Notes: generated by a model from the letters alone, not told the origin. A stretch of DNA of 32,000 nucleotides from Candidatus Electronema halotolerans (GCA_942493095.1 OW818675.1:360001-392000); one strand, 5' to 3'; counted from the first letter of the stretch, positions 1-9,515 are shown. A program made the numbers and translations.

Positions 1-32
1 GAACTGTCCAGTCATGTTGGGCCGCTGCTGTC

Positions 33-521
33 ATGGCCCTGTTTTTCCTGCTGTCCAGCGCAGCAGCATCTGCTGCCGGAACCGAACTTGCTGTTCTCAG
101 CATTCAGGATGTGCTGACCAAGTCCTCAGCAGGTCTGTCTGCCAAAAGCAAGATGGAAAGGCGGATGAAGGAGCTGCGCAATGGGCTTGAAAAGGATAAG
201 AAAGAATTGCTCGCCCTTCAGGATGAGATGAAGAAAAAGGCCTCTGTCTGGAGCGAGGAGAAGAAGCAGGAGGAAGGACTTGAATTCCAAAAAAAGCGCA
301 ATGCCCTGAGCGTGAAGCAGGACAATGCCAATTTGGAAATGCGCAATCTGGAAAAGCGCTATTTGAATCCGATCATGGAAAAGCTGGAAGGCATTGTCAA
401 AGATGTGGCTGGCAAAAAAGGCTACACAGTGGTGCTGCCCAGCACCTCTGTGCTCTACTTCAGCAACCGCGTCGATATTACGGACGAAGTCATCAAAAGC
501 CTCAACGCCAGGATGAAATAG
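33..521 (+). CDS. OmpH/Skp-family periplasmic chaperone-like protein
   Basis: Hydrophobic N-terminus, then a lysine/glutamate-rich coiled-coil region and the C-terminal 'VAGKKGYTVVLPSTSVLYFSNRVDITDEVIKSLN' typical of OmpH/Skp proteins. Confidence 0.8.
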   Translation: MALFFLLSSAAASAAGTELAVLSIQDVLTKSSAGLSAKSKMERRMKELRNGLEKDKKELLALQDEMKKKASVWSEEKKQEEGLEFQKKRNALSVKQDNANLEMRNLEKRYLNPIMEKLEGIVKDVAGKKGYTVVLPSTSVLYFSNRVDITDEVIKSLNARMK

Positions 522-531
522 GGGCCGCAGG

Positions 532-1359
532 ATGAATCCCTACCAGTTCCTGCGGCACACGCCCGGCAGCAACTGCGGCGACTGCGGCTGGCCGACCTGT
601 CTCGCCTTTGCCGCCGCAGTCACCAAGGCCGGAGTCCAAGCTGACCGCTGTCCGCATTTGCAGCGGGAGGGACTGCCGCCGGAACTGCTTGGCATGAACA
701 GTGCTGCTGCTGCGGATGATGCGCTGGAGCGGGGCGAGGAGAAGCGGCACACTGCCTTGGCCGCCCATCTGCGAAGCAAGATGGAAGGACTGGATTTGTC
801 CAGCTTGGCTCCTCACCTCGGCGCGGAGTGGTCAGCGGATGACCCTGATCTGCTGCACTTTTCCTTTCTCAACCGCCCGGTGCGGCTGGGTGCAGCGGGA
901 GTTTTTTTGGACGGCGGCGAGCCTGCTGATCCCAGAGACCAAATTCTCTTGTACAATTACGTGGCCTTATGCAGCGCAGGTCAGGCGAGAAAGCCGGAAG
1001 GCATCTGGCTGGGCATGGAGAGTCTGCCCAATTCGATAGCCAAAATCCGCACCTTGGCCACGTACTGTGAAGAGCGGCTGGCGGAACGCTTCAGCGGTCG
1101 CCTCAGCAAGCTGACCGCGCTCTGCGCCGCCTTGGCCGCAAAGCCTGCTGCGGGCCAGAGCGCGGACGCAGCCTTCCTCATTCCCGTCCTGCCCTGTGTC
1201 CCTCTCCTGCTCCTGTTCTGGGAGGCAGAGCCGGAAGACGGGTTCGCGGCCAAGGTCAAAGTGCTTGTTGATCAGCACGTCCTTGATTTTCTCGATCTGG
1301 AATCCTTGGTCTTTGCTGCTGAACGCATGGCAGACCGGCTGCTGGAGCTGGATAGCTGA
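532..1359 (+). CDS. Fe-S domain / DUF3786-like protein
   Basis: N-terminal 'SNCGDCGWPTCLAFAAAV...C' matches the four-Cys Fe-S domain also found in CO dehydrogenase/acetyl-CoA synthase subunits; the rest resembles DUF3786 proteins. Confidence 0.75.
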   Translation: MNPYQFLRHTPGSNCGDCGWPTCLAFAAAVTKAGVQADRCPHLQREGLPPELLGMNSAAAADDALERGEEKRHTALAAHLRSKMEGLDLSSLAPHLGAEWSADDPDLLHFSFLNRPVRLGAAGVFLDGGEPADPRDQILLYNYVALCSAGQARKPEGIWLGMESLPNSIAKIRTLATYCEERLAERFSGRLSKLTALCAALAAKPAAGQSADAAFLIPVLPCVPLLLLFWEAEPEDGFAAKVKVLVDQHVLDFLDLESLVFAAERMADRLLELDS

Positions 1360-2348
1360 TGCTGGGCACGGCAGTTGACCGCTTTGCTGCAGCCAATATC
1401 CTGGTCATCGGCGATGTGATTCTTGATCAGTTCATCTGGGGCACGGTGACGCGGATTTCCCCGGAAGCGCCAGTGCCGGTGGTCAATGTGACCAAAGAGG
1501 AGCTGCTTCTTGGCGGCAGTGCCAATGTGGTGCGGAACATCATTTCGCTCAGCGGCAGGGCAGCCCTGTGCGGCATTATCGGCGATGATGCGATGGGCGC
1601 GGAATTGCTCGCCCTGATGCAGGCCGCAGGCGCGTCTGCGGACGGCTTGATCAAAGGCCGCCGTCCGACCACGATCAAAACACGGGTCGTGGCCCAGAGC
1701 CAGCAGGTGGTGCGTTATGACCGGGAGCAAGTCGGCCCGCCCTCAGCGCAGACCTTGCAGCGGCTGCTGACTTATTTGGAACAGCATCTTGCTGACTTTG
1801 ACGCAGTCTTAGTTTCTGACTATGCCAAGGGCGTGATCTGCGCCCCGCTGATGCGGCTGCTGCATGACTTGCTGACCGAACTGCGCGGGCAAGGCCGATT
1901 TCTGCCCTTGATTGTTGATCCCAAGCCGGTCAATGCCGATAAGTTCATTGGCGCGACTGTGATCACCCCGAACAACTTTGAGGCGGCCAAACTCAGCGGG
2001 ATTGAGATTGTTGATGAGGATTCGCTGCTTGCCGCTGCCCGCCAGATCAAAAAGAATGTAGCCTGCGAGGCAGTGCTGGTCACACGAGGCGAGGCAGGCA
2101 TGGCCCTGCTGGAAGGTGAAAAAGACATGGTTTTTATTCCGACAATGGCGCAGGAAGTCTATGACGTGACTGGCGCGGGCGACACGGTTGCCGCCGCCAT
2201 GTCCTTGAGTTTGGCGGCAGGCTGCTCCATGACGGAAGCGGCGGTGCTCGCCAATCATGCCGCCGGCATTGTGGTCGGCAAGGTCGGCACAGCCTCGGTC
2301 AGCCGGGATGAGCTGCTGACCGCTTTGGACAACAAGGAGGGACGATGA
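1359..2348 (+). CDS. hldE: D-glycero-beta-D-manno-heptose-7-phosphate kinase (RfaE/HldE domain I, PfkB family)
   Basis: PfkB-family signatures 'GDVILDQFIWGTVTRISPEAPVPVV', 'GGSANVVRNI', 'DPKPVN', 'VYDVTGAGDTVAAAMSLSLAAG'. The 329 aa length covers only the kinase domain. Confidence 0.9.
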   Translation: MLGTAVDRFAAANILVIGDVILDQFIWGTVTRISPEAPVPVVNVTKEELLLGGSANVVRNIISLSGRAALCGIIGDDAMGAELLALMQAAGASADGLIKGRRPTTIKTRVVAQSQQVVRYDREQVGPPSAQTLQRLLTYLEQHLADFDAVLVSDYAKGVICAPLMRLLHDLLTELRGQGRFLPLIVDPKPVNADKFIGATVITPNNFEAAKLSGIEIVDEDSLLAAARQIKKNVACEAVLVTRGEAGMALLEGEKDMVFIPTMAQEVYDVTGAGDTVAAAMSLSLAAGCSMTEAAVLANHAAGIVVGKVGTASVSRDELLTALDNKEGR

Positions 2349-3226
2349 GGCCGCGCAGCATGACCGGTTTTGGCCGGGGAACAGCAGAGGCGGGGGGACG
2401 GACCTGGACAGCGGAAATCCGCACCGTCAATCACCGTTTTCTCGAACAGCGGGTGACGCTGCCCGGAGCCTTTGCCGGGCTGGAGGAGCGGGTTAAAAAG
2501 TTAGTGGCCGGACAGCAGGATCGGGGCCGGACCGAAGTCAGCCTTTCCTGCCAAGGCGAGGTCTCTGGCAGGCCGCTGTTGACCCTTGATCTGGACTTGG
2601 CCCGGCAATACCATCGCTGCCTGCTTCAGCTCAACCGGCAGCTCAATCTTGACAGCCCAATCAGCCTGACTGACCTGCTGGCCCAGCGCGGCGTGGTGGT
2701 CCAGCAGGAGCAGAGCGCGGACATGGAACAGGAATGGCCCCTGATTGAGCGGGCCGTGCTGGCAGCCTTAGCTGACTGCGCCCAGATGCGCGAGCAGGAA
2801 GGTCAAGCCCTCAAGGCGGAGCTAAACAGCCGTCTGACCCATTTTGCCGCATTGGTTGAGGAAATAGAAGCATCCATCCCCCAGATCATTGCCCAGCGGC
2901 ATCAGGAATTAAAGGAGCGGATTGCCAAGCTGCTCGCAGACATGGAGCTGGATCCGGCCCGCTTGGCCCAGGAGGCGGCAGTCATGGCGGACAAGGCTGA
3001 TGTCACTGAGGAAGTGGTGCGCCTCAAGAGCCATATCAGCCAGTTCCGCAGCTTTCTTGACAGCGGCGAGCCAGTCGGACGGCGGCTGGACTTTCTTTTG
3101 CAGGAATTTCTCCGCGAGGTGAACACCTTGGCCTCAAAAATCGCCAATGCGAAAATTGCCCGCTTTGGCGTGGAGATGAAGAACGAGATCGAAAAGCTGC
3201 GCGAGCAAGTGCAGAACATCGAATAA
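2345..3226 (+). CDS. yicC: YicC family protein (endoribonuclease family)
   Basis: 'MTGFGRG', 'TVNHRFLEQRVTLP' and 'EFLREVNTLASKIANAKIARFGVEMKNEIEKLREQVQNIE' are hallmark YicC sequences; adjacent to a RemA-like gene and gmk. Confidence 0.93.
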   Translation: MRPRSMTGFGRGTAEAGGRTWTAEIRTVNHRFLEQRVTLPGAFAGLEERVKKLVAGQQDRGRTEVSLSCQGEVSGRPLLTLDLDLARQYHRCLLQLNRQLNLDSPISLTDLLAQRGVVVQQEQSADMEQEWPLIERAVLAALADCAQMREQEGQALKAELNSRLTHFAALVEEIEASIPQIIAQRHQELKERIAKLLADMELDPARLAQEAAVMADKADVTEEVVRLKSHISQFRSFLDSGEPVGRRLDFLLQEFLREVNTLASKIANAKIARFGVEMKNEIEKLREQVQNIE

Positions 3227-3522
3227 TGGACCACCGGCTCATCAACGTCGGCTTTGGTAACGCTATCAAGATCAGCCGCATCTTGGCCGTGGTCAACCCT
3301 GGCTCCTCGCCGATCCGCAAGCTCAAAGAGGAGGCCCGGCAGGAGCAGCGGCTGATTGATGTGACCGAAGGCCGCCGCACCCGCGCCATCATCATCTTGG
3401 ACAGCGGCCATCTGGTGCTGACCTCGGTGCAGCCGGAAACCATCAGCCAGCGGCTGGCCGCCTTGGACAGAGGCTGCGCCAATCCGGCCCGTCTGCTTCA
3501 GGAGAACAACATTGATGAATGA
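3226..3522 (+). CDS. DUF370 / RemA-like protein
   Basis: 'LINVGFGNAIKISRILAVVNPGSSPIRKLKEEA' and 'GRRTRAIIILDSGHLVLTSVQPETI' are characteristic of DUF370/RemA; syntenic between yicC and gmk. Confidence 0.9.
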   Translation: MDHRLINVGFGNAIKISRILAVVNPGSSPIRKLKEEARQEQRLIDVTEGRRTRAIIILDSGHLVLTSVQPETISQRLAALDRGCANPARLLQENNIDE

Positions 3523-4114
3523 GGGATTTCTGCTCGTGCTGTCCGCGCCGTCCGGCTGCGGCAAAACCACCATCCTCCGGCAGGTCATGGCTGATTTGCC
3601 CGGCCTGTCCTTTTCTGTTTCCCACACCACCCGCCAGCCCCGGCCCGGCGAAGCAAACGGGCGCGATTATCACTTTGTCAGCCCGGAGCAGTTCCTTGCC
3701 CTCCGCGACCAGCAGCCGTCCGGTTTTCTTGAATGGGCTGAAGTGCATGGCAATTTCTACGGCACCTCGCGGCAGGAGGTTGCGCAGCGTCTGAGCGCAG
3801 GTGCGGATGTTATTTTAGATATTGATGTGCAGGGCGCAGCGCAGGTTCGCAGCAATGCCGAGCCAGTGACCGTCTTTATTGCCCCGCCTTCGCTGGATGA
3901 ACTGGAGCGGCGGCTGCGCGGGCGCGGCACCGAGAACGAGGACAGTCTGCGCCGTCGGTTAGCCAATGCGGCCCAGGAAATGCAGGCTGCGGATGCCTAC
4001 ACCTACCTGATTGTCAATGACCGGCTGGATGAGGCGGTGCAGGCTTTAAAGGCCGTAATCATTGCGGAACGCTGCCGCCAAAGGAGAAGCCGATCCATTG
4101 AACGGTTCCTGTAG
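3512..4114 (+). CDS. gmk: guanylate kinase
   Basis: P-loop 'LSAPSGCGKTT', 'SVSHTTRQPRPGE.NGRDYHFV', 'DVILDIDVQGAAQVR', 'FIAPPSLDELERRLRGRGTE'. Confidence 0.97.
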   Translation: MMNEGFLLVLSAPSGCGKTTILRQVMADLPGLSFSVSHTTRQPRPGEANGRDYHFVSPEQFLALRDQQPSGFLEWAEVHGNFYGTSRQEVAQRLSAGADVILDIDVQGAAQVRSNAEPVTVFIAPPSLDELERRLRGRGTENEDSLRRRLANAAQEMQAADAYTYLIVNDRLDEAVQALKAVIIAERCRQRRSRSIERFL

Positions 4115-4225
4115 AACAGCAGTAATGGGGAACTGTGAGTGGTAAATGGCTTTTTCAACGTCGGCTGATTCGCAAAAATAACGGTTTTCTGCCGGTGCTG
4201 CCGGACTTCCAGTCGGGTGGTCTGT

Positions 4226-5476
4226 TTAGTCGTCGTCAGCCGGTTGAGCAGTCAGCTCTGTAACTGTAACCACGCATTTGACACTTCCCTTATCAAGAAT
4301 CAGCTCAATCTCCTCGCCAGGCCGCACTTGCTCGGCAGCAGTGACCACCGCTCCGCCTATTTTCCGCGCCATCGCATAACCCCTTGCCAGCACAGCTAAA
4401 GGACTGACTGCCTCCAGCAGTCCTGCGGCATGGGCAAGGGCCTGCTGCTTGCGGCGGAGCAGCCGAGAACCTGCCTGCGCCAGCCGCTGCTCCAGCTCGG
4501 CTGTTTTCTTCTGATGCAGGCGCACGGTCTGGGCCGGACTGCGCTGCTGGAGACGGCGTGCTGCCGCTGCAAGCTGGCTCTGCTTGGCAGCCAGCAGCTT
4601 GGCCAAGGCCTGATGCAGCCTCTGAGCCAGCTCCTCGGTCTGGGCAGAGAGCACCGCGCTGTCTGGCAGGAGCAGCTCTGCTGCCGCGCTGGGCGTGGGC
4701 GCACGGAGATCAGCGGCAAAATCGGCAATGGTGAAATCGATTTCATGACCAACCGCGCTGACCACAGGAATGGCCGATTGATAGATGGCCCGCGCCAGCA
4801 GCTCATCGTTGAAGGCGGCCAAATCCTCAAACGAGCCGCCGCCCCGGCAGAGAACAATGATTTCCGTGTCTGTCCGCCCGGCCTGCGCCTGCCGGTTGAT
4901 TTCGGCCACTGCCTCGCGCAGCTCTGCTGCCGCACTGTTTCCCTGCACCGTGACTGGATAAATGCTGATTCGGGTCTGCGGACAGCGGCGGCTGGCCACC
5001 CGGATGAAGTCATGCACTGCCGCGCCAGTGGGCGAAGTGACCAAGGTGAGATGGGCGGGCAGGGGCGGCAGCGGCTTTTTCCGTTCCTGGGCAAACAGCC
5101 CTTCCGCAGCCAGCCGCTGTTTGAGCTGCTCAAAGGCAAGGCGCAGGCTGCCCGCGCCCTGATAGTCCAGCCCGTCAGCAATGAGCTGGCAGTCGCCGCG
5201 CTGGGCATAGACCGAGAGCCTGCCCCGGCAGATGACCATGTCGCCGTCCTTGGGCTGCCGGGCGAGAAAACGCCGCTGCATGCGGAAGAGCACGACCCTG
5301 ATCTGGGCCTGCTCATCCTTGAGGGTGAAATAAAGATGGCCGGAGGCTGGCTGGCAAAGGCCGGAAATTTCCCCGACCACTTGGATGCTGGCAAAGCAGC
5401 CTTCCAGAACTGTGCGGGCGGCGGCTGTCAGCTCGGCCACGCTGAAGAGGTGCTCAGTCTCCGGCAGAGATTGCAT
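4226..5476 (-). CDS. xseA: exodeoxyribonuclease VII large subunit
   Basis: N-terminal OB domain 'VVGEISGLCQPASGHLYFTLKDEQAQIRVVLF', then 'LTLVTSPTGAAVHDF', 'IIVLCRGGGSFEDLAAFNDELLARAI', 'PVVSAVGHEIDFTIADFAADLRAPTPSAAAELL'. Confidence 0.96.
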   Translation of the reverse strand: MQSLPETEHLFSVAELTAAARTVLEGCFASIQVVGEISGLCQPASGHLYFTLKDEQAQIRVVLFRMQRRFLARQPKDGDMVICRGRLSVYAQRGDCQLIADGLDYQGAGSLRLAFEQLKQRLAAEGLFAQERKKPLPPLPAHLTLVTSPTGAAVHDFIRVASRRCPQTRISIYPVTVQGNSAAAELREAVAEINRQAQAGRTDTEIIVLCRGGGSFEDLAAFNDELLARAIYQSAIPVVSAVGHEIDFTIADFAADLRAPTPSAAAELLLPDSAVLSAQTEELAQRLHQALAKLLAAKQSQLAAAARRLQQRSPAQTVRLHQKKTAELEQRLAQAGSRLLRRKQQALAHAAGLLEAVSPLAVLARGYAMARKIGGAVVTAAEQVRPGEEIELILDKGSVKCVVTVTELTAQPADDD

Positions 5477-6052
5477 TCAGGTGCTCTGCCAGCGTGGCAG
5501 TTCCTCAATGCGGATGCCGAGCAGATCGCAGAGCCGTCCGGCAAACTGGCGGGCCATGCTCGGCAAATCAGGGGGATGGAGATAAAAGGAAGGCATGGGC
5601 GGACAGATGATGGCCCCGGCATCGTGCAGGGTGAGCATGTTGCGCAGGTGGCTGCGGTTGAGCGGGGTCTCGCGCACAGCCAAGAGCAGAGGCCGCCGCT
5701 CCTTGAGAGTCACGTCTGCGGCCCGGTGAATCAGGTTGCCGGACCAGCCTGCGGCAATCGCCCCCAGCGTGCCGACCGTGCAGGGGAGAATGAGCATGGC
5801 ATCATAGCAGGCCGAACCGGAGGCGGGCAGGGCCGTGAAGTCATCCGCAGCAAACCAGCGGCTGATGCCGGGCAGCTCCTGCGGCGACAGACCCAGCTCC
5901 AGCCGCAGCACCTTGCTGCCAGACTCGGAAATGACGGCATGAAGCTCAACATCCTGCCCGGCCAGCAGGTCCAGAAGGGCAGTGACATAAATCATGCCGC
6001 TGGCCCCGGTGATGCCAAGCAGGAGACGGCGGCAATCAGTGCGGCTTGTCAA
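5477..6052 (-). CDS. ubiX: UbiX/Pad1 family flavin prenyltransferase
   Basis: 'LLLGITGASGMIYV', 'MLILPCTVGTLGAIAAGWSGNLIHRAADVTLKERRPLLLAVRETPLNRSHLRNM' are UbiX motifs. Confidence 0.95.
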   Translation of the reverse strand: MTSRTDCRRLLLGITGASGMIYVTALLDLLAGQDVELHAVISESGSKVLRLELGLSPQELPGISRWFAADDFTALPASGSACYDAMLILPCTVGTLGAIAAGWSGNLIHRAADVTLKERRPLLLAVRETPLNRSHLRNMLTLHDAGAIICPPMPSFYLHPPDLPSMARQFAGRLCDLLGIRIEELPRWQST

Positions 6053-6083
6053 TATTTCCTCGCTAAATGAGATGGTTCCAAAG

Positions 6084-6749
6084 TCAGCCTTTGGGCTGCA
6101 TCAGCTTCAGCATGGCTTGGATTAGCTGATCCGCTCCCGCGCCGATCTGATCAACCCGCGAATCGAGCATATAGCAGGGTGTGGTCACAACTTTGTTGGC
6201 CTGATCAACAGCAACCTCGCCTTGCCGGGTCGGGGCATGACTGCCGCCCATTGCGCTGATGTTCGCAGCAGTGTCTGCGTCCTGTCCGGCAGTGACTGTC
6301 ACTTTGCCCAGCACTTTGGCGACAATGACCGGGGCAATGCAGAGCGCGCCGATGGGCTTTCCAGCGTGGTGTATGGTCTGAATCGCCCGCGCCACGTCCG
6401 GGTTGACCGTGCAGTCAGGGCCATCAAAGGCGTAGGTGCAGAGATTTTTGGCTGCGCCGACACCGCCGGGAATGACGAGGCCGTCAAAGGCGGCAGCGTC
6501 AAACTGAGCCAAGTCCTTGATCTTGCCGCGAGCAATGCGGGCCGCTTCAATCAGCATGTTGCGCTGCTCCGGCATCTCCTCGCCGTTGAGATGGTTGAGG
6601 ACGTGGTGCTGCTTGCTGTTCGGGGCAAAGCACTGATACTCTGCGCCGTTCTTGTGAATGGCCCAGAGGGTCAGCGTGGCCTCGTGGATTTCCGAGCCGT
6701 CCCGGTGGCCGCAACCACAGAGGATGACGGCAATTTTTTTATTGGACAT
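6084..6749 (-). CDS. elbB: isoprenoid biosynthesis glyoxalase ElbB-like (DJ-1/PfpI superfamily)
   Basis: 'KKIAVILCGCGHRDGSEIHEATLTLWAIHKNGAEYQCFAPN', 'FDGLVIPGGVGAAKNLCTYAF', 'GALCIAPV', 'VVTTPCYMLDSRVDQIGAGADQLIQAM'. Confidence 0.94.
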   Translation of the reverse strand: MSNKKIAVILCGCGHRDGSEIHEATLTLWAIHKNGAEYQCFAPNSKQHHVLNHLNGEEMPEQRNMLIEAARIARGKIKDLAQFDAAAFDGLVIPGGVGAAKNLCTYAFDGPDCTVNPDVARAIQTIHHAGKPIGALCIAPVIVAKVLGKVTVTAGQDADTAANISAMGGSHAPTRQGEVAVDQANKVVTTPCYMLDSRVDQIGAGADQLIQAMLKLMQPKG

Positions 6750-6869
6750 TAGGGTTCCCCTTGTCGCTGTTCGTACCCACAGAGTGTTTTCCGCAGACGG
6801 CGGACAGCGGTCTCATGGAAAAATTTAACTGCCCACACTTTATCCAGTCACGGTCAGCTCCTGCGCCAT

Positions 6870-6904
6870 AAAAAAGGCCGCAGCCCGAAAGCTGCGGCCT
6901 TTTT
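6870..6904. terminator. bidirectional rho-independent terminator
   Basis: AAAAAGGCCGCAG-cccgaaag-CTGCGGCCTTTTT: GC-rich stem flanked by A-run and T-run, just downstream of atpE (minus strand). Confidence 0.85.
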
Positions 6905-6922
6905 CTCCTGCTTCAGTCTGAA

Positions 6923-7171
6923 TCAGCCAAGCAGCGGATTGGCAAAGAGCAGGATGATGGAGATGACCAGACCATAAATGGCAATGGACTCGATCAGAGC
7001 CATGCCAAGAATCATGGTGGTGGTGATCGGCCCTTTGGCCTCCGGGTTGCGGGCGATGCCGCTGCATGCGCTCTCAACACCGCGTCCCATGCCAAGACCG
7101 GCACCTAAGCCGGCCAGTCCAACGGATGTCGCAGCTGCGAAGCAAATCAGCGCGATAGACAGCTTGTCCAT
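6923..7171 (-). CDS. atpE: F0F1 ATP synthase subunit c
   Basis: 82 aa two-helix hairpin; glycine-rich helix 1 'GLAGLGAGLGMGRG', loop 'ARNPEAKG', helix 2 'GMALIESIAIYGLVI'. Confidence 0.96.
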   Translation of the reverse strand: MDKLSIALICFAAATSVGLAGLGAGLGMGRGVESACSGIARNPEAKGPITTTMILGMALIESIAIYGLVISIILLFANPLLG

Positions 7172-7240
7172 AGTTCTACCTCCAAAAAAGATAAGGATGA
7201 AAAAGTTGGCCTTCTTCTGTTGTGTGCAGCAGGAAAAATC

Positions 7241-7963
7241 TCAGTGAGCGTGCTCCATTGCCCCGACACAGTAAATAACTGCGAGCAGGACAAATACAAG
7301 GGCCTGAATCAGGGAGACAAGCACACCGAGGCATAAGATCGGCAGCGGCGCAAAGAGTGCTCCGGCCAGCATGAAAAGAATCGCCAGCAGAATCTCTTTG
7401 GCTAAAATATTGCCGAAAAGACGCATGGAAAGCGAGACGAGCCGGGCAAAGTTGCCGATCATCTCCAGAACAAACATGAACGGAGCCATGACCGCAATCG
7501 GTCCGGTGAAATGCTGATAATACTTCCAGCCATGACAGCGGAAGCCCAGATAATGATGCACCACCCAGACAATGATGGTCATGGCAAGGGTGATGTTGAT
7601 GCTCGATGTCGGCGACATGAAGCCGGGAATCAGGCCGATCATGTTGGCAAGGGTGATGTAGATAAAGAAGGTGGCCAAGATTGGGAACAGCATTCTCGCC
7701 CGTTCTCTGCCCATGTGTTCGGCAAAAAAATCCATCATGCCGCCGACTACTGCTTCCCAGAAATTCTGGCCAGTGCCGGGCACCAGCTCCAGCTTGCCGA
7801 GCGTCAGCTTGGGCACGACAAAAAGAAAGGCCATGAGCAGCCATGTGTAGGTCAGATACGGCTCGCAGAGCTTTTCTAAAAATGTCGCGCCAATAGCCTC
7901 ATGCGGCACTGGCAGGCCGATCCAGTTCAGTATAACTGAAATGAAAAGAATTGGATGTTCCAT
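7241..7963 (-). CDS. atpB: F0F1 ATP synthase subunit a
   Basis: 'NMIGLIPGFMSPTSSINITLAMTIIVWVVHHYLG', 'HFTGPIAVMAPFMFVLEMIGNFARLVSLSMRLFGNILAKE', C-terminal 'LVQALVFVLLAVIYCVGAMEHAH'. Confidence 0.96.
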   Translation of the reverse strand: MEHPILFISVILNWIGLPVPHEAIGATFLEKLCEPYLTYTWLLMAFLFVVPKLTLGKLELVPGTGQNFWEAVVGGMMDFFAEHMGRERARMLFPILATFFIYITLANMIGLIPGFMSPTSSINITLAMTIIVWVVHHYLGFRCHGWKYYQHFTGPIAVMAPFMFVLEMIGNFARLVSLSMRLFGNILAKEILLAILFMLAGALFAPLPILCLGVLVSLIQALVFVLLAVIYCVGAMEHAH

Positions 7964-7966
7964 GAC

Positions 7967-8401
7967 CTACGCCCCCTTTGCGTGGTTTCCTGAAAATTCT
8001 ATTAAACTGCGGCCAAGGACAACGGCGAAGATGCTGACCATGACCGTGGACAATCCTGCTGCCAAGCCAATAAAATCAATGCGGACGCTCATGCTCAGGC
8101 TGATCAGCAGCAAAGCCAGCATGAGGAGCCGGAAATAAAATGTCACAGCAAGACCTGCTGTCGCTCCTTGATGTTGGCTGCCAATTTGACTGACCAACCT
8201 GAACACAGTTCGTTTAAGGAGTAAAAAGCTGCTGTTGGCCAGCACGCCGCCGAGCAGGGCTGAACCAGCGAAACGCTGGCCTGCCAGCAGCCAACTGATC
8301 AAAACAAGCAGGGTCAGTAGGACAAAGCTGCATTGCTCAACCCGACGGATCAGGAGATAATCATCCTCTTGCCTGTTCTCCAGCTTATTTTTTCTGGTCA
8401 T
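7967..8401 (-). CDS. ATP synthase subunit I-like membrane protein
   Basis: About 144 aa, four predicted hydrophobic helices, immediately upstream of atpB and downstream of an AtpZ-like gene. Confidence 0.7.
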   Translation of the reverse strand: MTRKNKLENRQEDDYLLIRRVEQCSFVLLTLLVLISWLLAGQRFAGSALLGGVLANSSFLLLKRTVFRLVSQIGSQHQGATAGLAVTFYFRLLMLALLLISLSMSVRIDFIGLAAGLSTVMVSIFAVVLGRSLIEFSGNHAKGA

Positions 8402-8624
8402 CCTTGGCGATTCTTTGGCTCATGTCCCAAAGCTGCTTGAAGCCTGCGGCAATGCCGAAGCCGAGAAAGATGAAGGTCAGCCACGGAGCGGTCCGGCCTG
8501 CAAAGACCTTGTTATCCAAATACCAGCCCAAGCCGAGGCCAATCACCACGCAAAAAGCAAAGCTGCTGCCGCTCTGGCCATAAACAGCCAAGTCTGTCAA
8601 AATGCCTTTTTTTTTGTCCGGCAT
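8385..8624 (-). CDS. AtpZ/AtpI family protein
   Basis: Small two-TM protein 'FAFCVVIGLGLGWYLDNKVFAGRTAPWLTFIFLGFGIAAGFKQLWDMS'; likely start MPDKKKG. The longer ORF to 8660 relies on a TTG start. Confidence 0.75.
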   Translation of the reverse strand: MPDKKKGILTDLAVYGQSGSSFAFCVVIGLGLGWYLDNKVFAGRTAPWLTFIFLGFGIAAGFKQLWDMSQRIAKDDQKK

Positions 8625-8660
8625 GGTGTTGTGTGCAAGCAGCGGCGGAACCTTCCGCAA

Positions 8661-9515
8661 TCAATGAGCCTGCCGCTTCATGGTTTCCAGCAGGCGATCA
8701 AGTTCTTGGGCGGACAGGCCTGTGCTGGCACGAATAATATCAGCAGCGACACCATGAGCAAGCAAATTTTTGGCAATGGCGGTTTTTTCTTCGATGCGGG
8801 ATGACCAGAGCATGGATTCCTGATACGAGACATTCTCCATGTGCCGGTTGTATGCTCTGCGCTGCTCAGGGTCAAGATTCATGACGCGCAGCCGGACTGA
8901 GGCATCCTGAATATGCTTGGCCGTGAAGTCCGGTCGCACTTCGCTGTGCTTGAGCATATAAATCCATTCATCAAGAGCCTCGTTGATCTGGTCAGGAAAC
9001 TTGGCCACACGAATCAGATAATGCTCCGGGAAGATGGTGCGCACATCGCGGATGCCGAACTGTTCGTACTGCGCATCAGTCATAGTCAGCGTGTCGCCGG
9101 TGTGTATTCCGACAAAATTGGTTGAGCCGTAATAGAGATAGTCGTTCCCTGCGCCGAGATTGAAATAGGTAATATTGACAGAGATTATCTTTTTTATATT
9201 TTGGTACGACTGCCCTTTGCTGAAATGCTCGCTGAGAAGTTTGGCAGAACCGTAAGCGATGCGATGAAAAAAATCATGCTCTGATTTCACCTGCACTTCA
9301 ATAATAATCAGCTCGTTACGTGAATTTTCAACCAGCAGATCAACGCGATTGAATTTATCCGTTTCATCCTCTTGATTGCTTTCGCTTTCCAAGAGATTGA
9401 CCACCGTAATCTCTTCATGAAGCAGGGCGGTCAAAAAGCCTTCGAGAATATCAAAATTTGCTTTGTTCCGCAGAAGTTTTTTAATTGCCCAGTCAAAACG
9501 GATGAGTTTTTCCAT
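8661..9515 (-). CDS. Rpn family / PD-(D/E)XK nuclease-family 'transposase'-like protein
   Basis: N-terminal 'FDWAIKKLLRNKANFDILEGFLTALL', catalytic-like 'FNRVDLLVENSRNELIIIEVQ' (D...ExQ), 'SEHDFFHRIAYGSAKLLSEHFSKGQSY', C-terminal 'SYQESMLWSSRIEEKTAIAKNLLAHG'. Confidence 0.85.
   Translation of the reverse strand: MEKLIRFDWAIKKLLRNKANFDILEGFLTALLHEEITVVNLLESESNQEDETDKFNRVDLLVENSRNELIIIEVQVKSEHDFFHRIAYGSAKLLSEHFSKGQSYQNIKKIISVNITYFNLGAGNDYLYYGSTNFVGIHTGDTLTMTDAQYEQFGIRDVRTIFPEHYLIRVAKFPDQINEALDEWIYMLKHSEVRPDFTAKHIQDASVRLRVMNLDPEQRRAYNRHMENVSYQESMLWSSRIEEKTAIAKNLLAHGVAADIIRASTGLSAQELDRLLETMKRQAH

Noticed and set aside
2902-3630. 242-codon minus-strand ORF
   Set aside because: Antisense to yicC, the DUF370 gene and the gmk start; shadow ORF.
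4430-6070. 546-codon plus-strand ORF
   Set aside because: It is fully antisense to well-supported xseA and ubiX; low-complexity Gln/Gly/Arg/Ala composition typical of shadow ORFs in GC-rich DNA.
8661-9515. Insertion sequence transposase
   Set aside because: The family is often annotated as transposase, but no terminal inverted repeats or DDE catalytic motif are seen; PD-(D/E)XK nuclease-like call kept.
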